Positions 13,069 through 23,747 of a stretch of DNA of 64,000 bases are shown piece after piece. The notes beneath the pieces were generated by a model, which saw nothing but the letters and a program-made list of their open reading frames with translations, did not search any database and had not been told where the DNA came from. The stretch lies in assembly GCF_018350175.1 (NCBI RefSeq), contig NC_058368.1:22322001-22386000 (forward strand). The letters run 5' to 3'. Positions within the stretch are counted from its first letter, which is position 1. Each line of letters opens with the position of its first letter. A program made the position numbers and the translations under genes. The DNA comes from Felis catus (taxonomy: Eukaryota).

Positions 13069-13430
13069 CATGATCCCAGAGCACACAGAGAAGAACAAAG
13101 TAGTACCTACTAGTTGGGACAAACTTCTTAACTTCAAAAACCCCTCTAACGGCAGGAAGAGTCAGGATGAGGGGCATGAGAAGACAAGGTGAGAATAGAA
13201 AAGCAGTGATGAACAGAAGCAACAGTGAAGAGAACAAAAAAGGGAACGGAAGTGTCAATAATAACTGCAGCAGGAGCAACAGTATTAGTCACTTCTTGAA
13301 TGAGGTGACAGCAGAAGAAACAAGAGTCAAATAATCCCCTACTGGGGTTTCCCATGTAGAATGGAAAGCAACATCAGCAGCAACAATGGTGAGAAAACAC
13401 CAGTAACTGCTGAGAAGTTGCACACAGTCG
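13069..13430 (-). other. Candidate alternative FNDC3A exon (first exon or cassette)
   Basis: Donor CATG|gtgagtat at 13068 and possible acceptor ctgttttcctttttcttccaag| at 13432-13431. The ORF from ATG 13177 ends in phase 1, as the canonical upstream exon does. Confidence 0.4.
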
Positions 13431-13460
13431 CTTGGAAGAAAAAGGAAAACAGCAGGACTT

Positions 13461-13545
13461 GGGAGGTGGAGCTTGACGTCACACTAACTCTAGTGGTAAA
13501 GGGGCTCAGAATCAACGTATTCTTAGATTGCTATGTTATTGGCTT
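13461..13545 (-). promoter_or_regulatory. Candidate internal promoter/enhancer: CCAAT box, palindromic CRE, GT/GC box
   Basis: AGCCAATAAC (CCAAT at 13542-13538), TGACGTCA at 13474-13481 and CCACCTCCC at 13469-13461, clustered within 85 bp of non-repetitive DNA. Confidence 0.5.
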
Positions 13546-14759
13546 CTCTAAGTAAGCTAAGATATGAGAAAGCAAAGGTTAATACTTCTCAACAAACTTG
13601 AATTCACCTTGACACTTTTTCTACACATAGGAATCAAATCGTAAGAAAATAAGCAGAAATCCAGGATGGTCGAATGATCAACATCCTGGCATTATCTTTG
13701 GTTCACTTTTTACATATTTAAGTTAACATGTCCACATTACTTTATAATCTTAACTGGTGCTCATGTTGAAGACTCTGATACACTAAAATACCCCTAAGTA
13801 TAAAAGTATATTTTTGGTTGGTACTTAGCAAGGCAAACAAGTATACTGATATACTTAAAAATATTTTAGCAGTTAATTTCAATAAATATTGACAGCATGC
13901 CCACTAAAGTTAAAGTTAAAGTTAAAGGCATTATTTTAGCACAGAAAATCAGAGATGAAAAAGAGCCAATTTCTATCATTAAGGAAACCAAACAGAAGGA
14001 AGCTAATAATCCTTGAACACTTCAATGTTTTATGTACCACGATAAAGACAGCATCATTGTTCCTGCCCCTATAAGCTTCAGAAGGTTAGTGAAAGTTTCT
14101 CCCTCAAGTGTTTATTTCATTAGGAATGAGGATTATTAATACATTACAAGTTGGCATCCTGTTCACAGGTCTGCTTTGAGCAATAACCATTCACTAGCTC
14201 AACTACTTTATGAAATATGCCCAGGCACAGATATACTTGTTAAATTTCAGGCTCCCCGTCAGTGTGCTCGTTCCCAAAATTAAAGAGATCTCAGTTTAAC
14301 TAAGAGGTAATTTTGGAATCAAAGAATCTTTAGTTAAATACTGGAGTTTACCCAATCAAACTTCTTTTCTATGTAAGAATTACTTTCATAATACCACCCA
14401 ACCCAATGCATGAGCACATACAATGATGGGACTCAGGTGTGACAAAGCAATGACTCCATTTTTATAGAACCATAATTTTTGGACAGTTCTTCCCTGTCAA
14501 AATTTGCTTCCCTGCAACTCTCATCTGTCAGTCTAAAATTTTCCCTCTAAAAGTGCTGAGAACAAGGTCTTCAAGTCACAGCTCTCTTCTAGGTCAAACA
14601 TCCTTCAAGTATTTTTATAGTCTTTTATAAGAATAATTTCTTGACTGTATGCTCTCCTGGCTGCCTTCCTGGGTTCAATCTCAGTTTGTCAATACTTCTT
14701 CCAAAATATGTTAAAAGGATACCATCTAACCAGAGTAATATGCCAACTGTTTTGAACTT

Positions 14760-14940
14760 GCCTGCATCAGGGGAGCTGATGTCCTGCTTCAGGTGAGCAT
14801 GCACCCCGCTGCAGGTAAGCATGAACCCCACTTCAGGTGAGCCCCACTCTCCCCACTCCTCCACCCCTCATGGGATTCTCTGTGTCCCTTGCTCACTTGC
14901 ACCCTCTAAAAAAACAAAACAAAACAAAACACCAAAAAAA
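14760..14940 (+). mobile_element. 5'-truncated felid SINE variant with about 21-bp internal tandem units
   Basis: Units like cttcaggtgagcatgcacccc, then gggattctc...gctcacttgcaccctct and an A-rich tail. Confidence 0.55.
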
Positions 14941-14955
14941 CCCATCTAAATCCTA

Positions 14956-15350
14956 GGGGCACCTGGATGGCTCACTCGGTTAAGTGTCTTTTATTTATTT
15001 ATTTTTTTAAGTTCATTTATTTATCTTGAGAGACAGAAAGCGCACACAAGCAGGGGAAGGGCAGAGATGGGGGTGGGGGGTGGGGGTGGGGAGAGAGAGA
15101 GAGAATCCCAAGCAGGCTCTGTTCTGGTGGTGTGGAGCTTGAACCCATTAACTGTGACCTGAGCTCAAACCAAGAGTCAGACACTTGGGGCATCTGGGTG
15201 TCTGTCAGTTAAGCGTCTGACTCTTGGTTCAGGTCATGGTCTCACAGGTTCCTGAGATCGAGCCCTGCATTGGGCTCTACAATGACAGTGCTCCCCTGCT
15301 TGCATACACACACACTCTCTCTCTCTCAAAAAATAAATAAGCTTAAAAAT
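14956..15350. mobile_element. SINE cluster: + head (14956-14989), inverted body (14990-15186), second + SINE (15187-15350)
   Basis: Read directly from the sequence; see findings. Confidence 0.88.
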
Positions 15351-15777
15351 TTTCTTTAAAATAATCAAGTTCTATTCAAAATGTTAAGTCTTCCTTTCTG
15401 GATAAGTCTTCCTTTCTGGATAAGTCTATCCAGTAGTGGATACTGTCATTTGTTTTGGTGCGTAGACTCTGAAACCCCTTTGTAGGTTGAAGGAGTTGAC
15501 TTGGTGCAAGGTAAAGACCACACTGGTCCTATGGGTGCTGATAACCTAGAAGGCAGTGGTTGGTAGCACAAGATTCCTGTGGCAGGAGTGGCATCTGTAC
15601 TACAAGCAAGTAATATTGAGTTCTTAGTGAAGAAAGGGCACTCTTGGCACTGATGAGGACTTCTTAATCAGACCAGTTTTGTAGTATAGTTTTGGGGCAT
15701 TGTTCCTGAAGATTAGCCTTGAGTCTGGTTCTCTAGTCCTCCCATAAATTCTCTGAGACACAGAATATCATTTTCTT

Positions 15778-15958
15778 GGGCCGCCTGGATGGCTCAGTCA
15801 AGTTAAGTGTCCAACTCTTGACTTTGGTTCAGGCCTGCTTGGGATTCTCTTTTTCCCTCTCTCTCTGCCCCTCTCCCACTTGCATGTGCACCTCTCTCTC
15901 TCTCTCTCTCCCCACCAAAATAAACACTAAAAAAAAAAAAAAAAAAAGGAAAAAAAAG
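15778..15958 (+). mobile_element. Can-SINE (internally deleted)
   Basis: Head, CT tract, polyA; TSD tatcattttctt. Confidence 0.9.
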
Positions 15959-16099
15959 TATCATTTTCTTAATCATTCTCAAAAAATTTGAAACAGTAAG
16001 TTTTGCCAAAAAAATTGCATGTCTAGCTGGTCAAAGAACTTTCTTCCCTGACCATTTGAAAGGAAACTGCTGACATGATGGCCCATCACCTATGGAATA

Positions 16100-17300
16100 C
16101 TTTCATATGCATTTCGTATAAGGACATTCTCTAATATAACACAACCATCAAAACCAGAAAATTAACACTGATACCTCATTACTATCTGTTACAGATTGAA
16201 CTGTGTTTCCTAAAAAAGATATGCTTCTGTACCAGCACCTCAGAATGCAGTTTTATTTGGGAATGAGGTCACTGCAAGTAAGATTGGTTAAGATGAGGTC
16301 ATGTTGGAGTAGAATGGAACCCCAATCCAATATGGTATCCTTATAAGAAGACAGCCATGTGAAGACACACAGACACAGGGAGAATGCCATGTGAAGATGG
16401 AAACAGATTAAAATGATGCCTTTAAAGCCAAGAAACCCCAAGGATTGCTGGCCGTCACCAGCAAGTAGAAGAGAGGCATGAATTCTCCCTCAGAAAGAAT
16501 CGATTCTGCTGACATCTTGATCTTGCACTTCTAGCCTCTACAACTATGGGACATTAAACTTCTGTTGTTTTAAGTCACCCAGTTTGTGTTACTTTGTTAT
16601 GGCAGCCCTAAGAAACTAATAAACCATCTAATTTTCAAATCCCATTCAAGATTCACCAATTGTCCTAATAATGTGCTTTCTAGCAAAAGCATCTAGTTCA
16701 GGTTCACATGTTGTATTTAGTTGGCATGTCCCTTCAGTCTATCAGTCTGAACAGTTCCTCAGTCTTTCCTGGACTTTCACGGTCTTCACCTGTGAAGATT
16801 AAGGGTTATTTTACAGAATGTCTCTTGATTTGGGTTTGTCTATTATTTCCTTGTGTTTAGATTCAGATTATGCATTTGTGGCAGAAATATCACAGAAGAG
16901 ACATCATGTTCCTCTTAATGTATCATTATCAGGTAGCACACAATTTTGATTCCTGCCATTACTGAAGACATACAATTTCATCACTTGATTAAAATGGTGC
17001 CTGCCAGGCTTCTCCACTGATATATATATATATATATCCTTCAAGTCGGTCACTATATCCTTTTGACATGTCTCCATCCATTTTGCAATCTTCCCTCTTT
17101 CTGGGGTAACAATATGTTCCATTCTCATCTTGTACTTTCTCTGCCCCAGACCCAGAATCAGGAATGTCTGATTTTTCTGATTCAACTGCCAGCAGGATCC
17201 ATTCTAGTTTCTTCCCTTTCCACACCTAAAATTCCTTCTTAGATAGTAAGAAACCCAGGTCTCTCATCATTCTTAACAGAACTGTTTCTTTAATTAGTCC
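16100..17300 (-). mobile_element. L1MC-type 3' end (interrupted by MLT1)
   Basis: aaggacattctcta...aaaattaacactgatac; ttagattcagattatgcattt...gcagaaatatcacagaag; ctctgccccagacccagaatcag. Confidence 0.7.
16187..16622 (+). mobile_element. MLT1B/C (MaLR) solo LTR inserted in an old L1
   Basis: tgttacagattgaactgtg...ggaatgaggtcactgcaag...ttgttatggcagccctaagaaactaat. Confidence 0.85.
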
Positions 17301-18480
17301 CCCTGTGTGTGTCATCAATCTTCCATCTCTGCCACCACTCCCGCCCTCCACTCTGTCCCCCGGCATGTATGGCCTTATCCTACTCAGGGTCTAATGCCCC
17401 ACACTGAGCCCACCCCACCCTCTAACAACCCTCTATGTAGGTGTCCTTCGCTCCTTGGCTCCATGTCACCACGCACAAGCTCTAACAACCTGTGCTGGAC
17501 TACCCACTCCACTTCTGTGTATATTCTCTTTTTACCATATTTGGGCTCTGATTCCCCACACTAGGCCATTCTACCCCTCAGCCCATCATGTGGACTACTT
17601 CTTTCCTCTGCTTGGGCTCTGATACACCAGGCTATTCCTCTATGGGGATGCCCTCCTCACCTCACTCAGGTTCTCATTTCCTATGTTAGGCTGTCCCCCA
17701 TGTGTGGATGGGTGCTTCCTGGGGTTTGATATCTCCTGCCATGCCAAAGAGATACCCTCCTCACTACACCCAGGATCTGATTCTCCTTGCTGGATTCTAC
17801 CCTCTACCTCCCATGTAGACATTTTCCTCACCTCATTTGGGCTCTGACACCTCAAACCAAGTCACCTCCTATCCCACGAATGCCCTCACACTGTTTGGGC
17901 TCTGACTCTTCTTGATGAGTACCTCCAATGTATGGACACTTTCATTACCCTGCTGGGTCTGGGACACCCCATGCCAGGCCATCCCTCTGTGGAGGCCCTC
18001 CACACCGTCCTCTGTGTGGATGTCTTTTTTACGTGACTTGGGCTTTGTCTACTAAGGACCACCTCCATCGTGTGAATGGTCTGACTCTACTGGGGCTCTG
18101 ACAACACATGTCAGGCTACCCTTCCACACAGATGACCTCCTCATTCTCAGCTCTGACTCCCTACATCAGGTTGCCTTCACCTGTAGGTACTCTCACTTTA
18201 TTCTGGCACTGATTCCCTATGCTGGACTGCTTCACTGTATTGAGGACTTCTTTATCCTGCTGAGATTCTTACATCCCACACCAGGCCACCCCTTCTTGAT
18301 GATACGCTCATCAGCCTGCTTAGACTCTGAGTCCCTATATCATGACACTTTGCTGTGTGAATTCTCTCCTCACTCTGGGCTCTAACTCTCTGCACTTGGC
18401 TGTTCTCATATGGATGAACTCTTCACCCAATTTAGGCTCTGACACCCCACTTGGGCACTGCAGCTCATCTCTGCCACTCC
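17300..18480. repeat. Degenerate C-rich tandem array, unit about 55-60 bp, about 20 copies
   Basis: Recurring core gggctctgacacccc...ccaggc...tgtggatgccctcctcaccc (for example at 17543, 17614, 17839, 17897, 18093, 18377, 18435). Confidence 0.8.
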
Positions 18481-18494
18481 TATCAATGCAGTGC

Positions 18495-18645
18495 TGCTGA
18501 GAACTAAATATATTCCCCCCAAAATTCATATGTTGAAATCCTAACCCCAATGTGATGGTATTAGGAAATAGGGTCATTGGGAGGTGATGAACTCATGAGA
18601 GTGGAGCCCTCATAAATGGGATCAGGCACCCTCACAAATGGGATT
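18495..18645 (+). mobile_element. MLT1A-type LTR 5' fragment
   Basis: cccccaaaattcatatgttgaaatcctaaccccaatgtgatggtattagg. Confidence 0.8.
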
Positions 18646-19323
18646 AAGCCAAATGTTTATTAATTTACACTGGAAATAATCCCAGTTTTTTAGGTTTCAT
18701 TACAGAGGTTTTCTTTTATTGGTCTAGTGACTGTGAAGAGAAAAGTTTTCCTAACCTGATGGCCTTAGAGCCAAGGATCCTAATTTACTCTGAGCTTCAC
18801 TGGCATATGATTTTTCTCCCTTAAGGCTTTCTTCTTTGTTATCTGTTGCCTCCACACTGAATTCTACTCTTACCTTTTACCTAGCTCTAGAACTAGTACA
18901 GGAAGATGTCTGTTACATAATAAAAACTAGTGATAGCAAAGAGGAAAAAAAGGAGAAGATGAGCTCCCAGTAGTCCTTAGTCTTTTCTTGTCCTGTCTTC
19001 TCTTGCTTGGAGCGAGAGCATGATGGTCTTTAGAAAAACTTCACCCCAAGCCCTCATTCACTATCAGTCCTTCCACATTCATCCTGTCTTTTAATTTTGA
19101 AAAACAAAAACATGAAAAGGGGAAAGCTTTTTACCTTCTTTACGGTTCCCCTTTTTCTATCCTGTGTTTTTAAAAACTCTGCCCAGTAATTTTAAAACAA
19201 AGAGTCCACTCTTATAATCTGTCATACAGAGAGGAGTCTTGCTTTTCTACTGAAGCAAAGAAATTTATCTCTGCATAAAAGTATCTTCACATGGTAGTCA
19301 GTTCCTACTATTAAGAGACTATT

Positions 19324-19541
19324 GGGGTGCCTGGGTGCTCAGTTGGTTGAGTGTCTGACTTAGGTTCAGGTCATGATCTTGTGGTTTGCAAGTTTGAGCC
19401 CTATGTCGGGCTCTGTGCTGATAGCTCAGAGCCTGGAGCCTGCTTCCAATTCTGTGTCTCCCACTCTCTCTCTCTCCCCTTCCCCTGTTCATGCTCTGTC
19501 TCTCAATAATAAATAAACGTTAAAAAAAATAAAAAAAAAAA
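19324..19541 (+). mobile_element. Can-SINE
   Basis: Head, CT tract, polyA. Confidence 0.95.
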
Positions 19542-19877
19542 GAGTATTAATACTACAGGCACATTATAAATTAAATAGGCTATTCGGGTCCTGCCAGTCT
19601 TTACCTGCCAGTTAGGATTTTATAAAAATAATTCTATTTTTATACTGGCTAACTCTTAGAATGTAAGTTTCTAATAGAGCTATGTCTTAGGTTTATTTGT
19701 ACATTTCTTCAACTTGTTTTCAATAAATATTGTTTATGATGGAAGCATTTTAACTAATACAACATCTTTTCAAACACATCTGCAAATGAGGATACTCATT
19801 ACCAATATAGTGTGACTTAAAATACAAAAACTGCTAAACACAGTTAGATAACCAGAGTTTGAATTTTAAGTAACTTT

Positions 19878-19947
19878 TATTTATTTATTTATTTTTAATG
19901 TTTATTTTATTTTGAGAGACAGAGCACAAGCAGGGGAGGAGCAGAGA

Positions 19948-19992
<45 letters not shown>

Positions 19993-20118
19993 TCAAGCAG
20001 GCTCTGCACTGCCAGCACAGAGCCTGAATGCAGTACTTGAACTCACAAACCATAAGATCATGACCTGAGCCAAAATCAGGAGTTGGACTCTTAACCATTT
20101 GAGCCACCCAGGCACCCC
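19878..20118 (-). mobile_element. Can-SINE with (GA)n
   Basis: TSD aagtaactt. Confidence 0.95.
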
Positions 20119-20735
20119 AAGTAACTTCTATTTTAAAAGTTAATTTATAACTGTAATTTGTGAATTTCCTTCCTTATAAAATCAATTAAACTGCAATGTG
20201 CTGATAGAGATTAAATGACATGCAAAAGTTCTATATAGCTAGTAAGTTAGCAGAGTTGGGATTTAAACCCAGGTTCTCTGATACCAAAGTCAGTGATCTT
20301 TTTACTGCTCTTCTCTTTAGAGTGGTGGTTCTTCTGTACGCCTCCCCTGGAACATATGGTAATATCTGGAGACGTTTTAGTTTGTCATAAATGTGGTGTG
20401 TGGCAGGGTGGCTAGTGACTTTACAAAAAAAATTCTTTTAAAGATAAGATCTGAACTTGGTATTGAAGCATTGGTAGGATTTGGATAGGCTAAAGATGGT
20501 GGAGATAAGGGCGGATTCTAGATAAGAATAGTACAGAAAATACAAGACAGGTTCAAGAAGACAATGAATAAGCCAACTTAGCAAGATAAAGGGAAACAAT
20601 ATTAAAGGGAAAGGGAAAGCAACACTAGAAACATGAAATAATCTTTTAGAAAGACTAATAAGGAACTTGAACTGGGTTCAATGAAGATTTTTGAGAAGGG
20701 GAATGTAAGACTAATCAAGAAACCAGGGAAAAGAT

Positions 20736-20868
20736 GGGGCGCCTGAGTGGCGCAGTCGGTTAAGCGTCCGACTTCAGCCAGGTCACGATCTCGCGGTCCG
20801 TGAGTTCGAGCCCCGCGTCAGGCTCTGGGCTGATGGCTCAGAGCCTGGAGCCTGTTTCCGATTCTGTG
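20736..20868 (+). mobile_element. Young SINEC_Fc lacking its CT tract, tail and right TSD
   Basis: Near-consensus 5' 133 nt that stops abruptly at gattctgtg. Confidence 0.95.
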
Positions 20869-20924
20869 CCTTTATGTATTATAAATTTCTGTCATCTCAA
20901 ATGATAACAAATTACCATTCTTAC

Positions 20925-21000
20925 CTGTAATGCATTGAAACTGTCCATCTTCTCTTCTTATTGTAAATGCTTCCCCTGGGTTAACTTGTACCAGAATAAC
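20925..21000 (-). CDS. FNDC3A: FNDC3A second coding exon (76 nt, phase 0 to phase 1)
   Basis: Translates VILVQVNPGEAFTIRREDGQFQCIT+G and continues in frame from the 40.3 kb exon. Acceptor ttctttccctcatttaaag| at 21002-21001; donor ACAG|gtaaga at 20924. Confidence 0.96.
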
Positions 21001-21854
21001 CTTTAAATGAGGGAAAGAAGTATTAATCAGAACAAAATAATCAAATAATAGAGCAAATAATAACAATCAAGATTATATATAAAACAGTATTACATATTTG
21101 CCAGGACAGTAGATGTGAGCTATTTAACCTTATGACACTGGGAAGGAAAATGGGATTACACATTTTACACATTTGTTAAAGTATTACTTCAGTTTTCTGG
21201 AGATTTAAGCCAAAAGTAAGGGAATAAACAAATACAATGGCACACTTTTATTGGAAAGGCAATAAACTTTACTCTGAAACACAGATGGAGTCAAACCACA
21301 GAATATTTGGCTCATCTATCCTTAGTTCATTAGTTGCTAAGTATTTCATTTTTTAAAAGATAAAGTATAAAGTGATAAGCAGAGCTTGAGATGAGCATAC
21401 TTGACTTAGTAGGACATCTCAAGTTATATTTTAGAATTTGTTAAATTAATCTCACCTTTTTTTTCATTATAAAGATTATACACCCTAATTTTATGACATT
21501 TGAAAAACAGAAAACTGGAAAAAAAAATCTGAAGTCCTTCTATCTTACAATAAACACTGTTAACATTTTGATAAATTTCTTAATCTTGTTCCCTATGCAT
21601 AGGCTTAGTTTCCCCCCTTAACATACATACATACGTATATACATATTTATATATATGTATATATGTAAGAACTCCAATTTGGTATCTTTTAATGTTTAAT
21701 ATTTTAAAAAGATTTTTCCATGCTATTAACCACTCCAATGACCACGCCATAAACTACTTAACCATTTTCTTAATGTAAGGAATTTGGGTAGCTTTCAATT
21801 TTTCCATTATTAAAAAAACAACACTGAAGTGAACATTTTGGTATATAGTTTTCC

Positions 21855-22435
21855 CCTCTTTAATCCATTTCCGGTTAATTTTTGTGAATGGTGTACAGTA
21901 TGGGTCTAGTTTCATTCTTTTACATGTGAACATTCCAATTTTCCCAGCATCGTTTATTGAAGAGACCATCTTTTCTGCACTGAGTATTCTTGGCTTCCTT
22001 TTCAAATGTTAGCTGACCATACATGCATAGGTTTATTTATGGGCTTTCAATTCTCTTCCTTTGGTCCTTTCTGTTTTATGCCAGAACTTTTAATTAGTAT
22101 AGCTTTACAATACACATGGAATTCAGGAAGTATGATGCCTCCTACTTTGTCCTTCTTTGTCAGGATTGTTTCGGATATTCATGGGTCTTTTGTGGTTCCA
22201 TACAAATTTTAGCAGTGTTTTCTCTACTTCCGTAAAAAAAATTCCATTGGAATTTTGATGGGGATTACCCTGAATCTAAAGATGGCTGTAGATAGTATGG
22301 ACATTTTAACAATACTAATTCTTCCAATCCATGAACATGGGATACCTTTCCATTTATTTGTGTCTTCTTCGATTTCTTTCATCAAAGTTTTGTAGTTTTC
22401 AGTGTAGAGATCTTTCACCTTCTTGGTTAATATTT
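21855..22435 (-). mobile_element. LINE-1 ORF2 fragment
   Basis: Degenerate ORF2 peptides VKDLYTENYKTLMKEIEEDTNKWKGIPCSWIGR and CKRMKLDPYCTPFTKIN. Confidence 0.92.
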
Positions 22436-22499
22436 CAGGCAAAGATTGAAAGACCCTCATTTCAAGGGAAGTAGGTAGGAAGAAAAGTAGGGTGAATGG

Positions 22500-23260
22500 A
22501 AAACAAAATAAATTGTTAGAAATAATCCAAATATATTAATAAAATAAATATAAATGGACTAAGTTTGCCTATTAAAAAGAGTAAATAAATTAGATTAAAA
22601 GAAGTTAGAGAGAAAATGCCAAACCTATTTTGGTGGTCTATTTTAATACTTTTCTCAGTGATTAACAGAACAGGTAGATGATAATTATCAAGGATATGGA
22701 AGACCTTAACAACACCATTCATAATCTTGATTTGGTGGCCATGTAAAGAATATTGCACCTAACAATTAGAAAATATATATTCTTTCCAAGCACATATGGA
22801 ATTGAAATGAAAATTACAAGAATGGACTATAGAGAACATCATAAATCAAGTGTCACAAATTGCAAAGAATATTGTATGTCCTCTATTTGCAATTAAGTTA
22901 GAAATTTAAAAATATATTTGCAAATTTTAAAAAGCTTCAATAATTTGTGGGTTAGGGGAAGAAATCATAATGAAAAATAGTAAATCAACAGCAGTGAAAT
23001 GTAACAAAAACATTTTAAGTTAAAGCCCTGAAATAAAGGCAAAATTGTATTATCAAAAAACACAGGCCTTTAAATACTTAGAACAGACTGAAAATTAGTA
23101 AGCACCCAAGTCAATAAGTGAGAAAAGGCGTAGTTAACTCAAACAAAGTTAAAAAAAAAAAAAAAAGAAACAAAAATAAGAGAAATAATGAATCAGAATA
23201 AAAAGAAATGCTGGAGGATGAGAAAATAGCTTTAACAGAAATCAGAGTGAAGGATAACCA
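22500..23260 (+). mobile_element. Old LINE-1 ORF2 (endonuclease-region) fragment
   Basis: A-rich, with L1 motifs aatataaatggactaag and tatattctttccaagcacatatggaa. Confidence 0.65.
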
Positions 23261-23506
23261 AGAGAAAAAAAAAGCAAGAGGAAAAAGTAGTCAGTCACGT
23301 TTTCTGGGCAGGGATTTTTTTCCCCTAAGGAGATTCTTGAACCTTGGGAGATTTTATGCAAGTAGATGGCTTTAAAATGCATTTTATAAAATCTAGGAAC
23401 TTCTCTCTGTACACAGGTTTTATTTAGGGGGACTGCTTCTTATTACTCCATTATCTCAAATGTTATCTCTTCAGAAAGGCCTCCCCTGTCCATCAAATTC
23501 TAGGGT

Positions 23507-23527
23507 ATGTTTATTTATTTATTTTGA

Positions 23528-23590
<63 letters not shown>

Positions 23591-23747
23591 AGGGAGGGGC
23601 AGAGAGAGGAAGAAAGAGGGTCCCAAGCAGGCCCCATGTTGCCAGCACAGAGCCCAACACGGGGCTTGAACTCACAAACTGTGAGACCATGACCTGAGCT
23701 GAAACCAAGAGTCAGACACAAAACCAACTGAGTCACCCAAGTGACCC
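23507..23747 (-). mobile_element. Can-SINE with long (GA)n microsatellite
   Basis: SINE body; (GA)n at 23526-23582. Confidence 0.95.

Noticed and set aside
12709..13355. GPCR or olfactory receptor pseudogene suggested by hydrophobic ORFs
   Set aside because: No DRY, NPxxY or OR signature motifs; the hydrophobicity follows from T/C skew on the minus strand.
13069..13430. Decayed frame-preserving 363-nt coding exon
   Set aside because: Would need both a 1-nt indel and reversal of the TGA at 13291-13289; no support without orthologues.
1..20924. Next FNDC3A coding exon (GPAQVPMMSPNG...)
   Set aside because: Not found by eye on the minus strand; it presumably lies left of the window.
20872..21066. 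64-aa ORF as a standalone gene
   Set aside because: Only 21000-20925 is exonic; the rest is intronic read-through.
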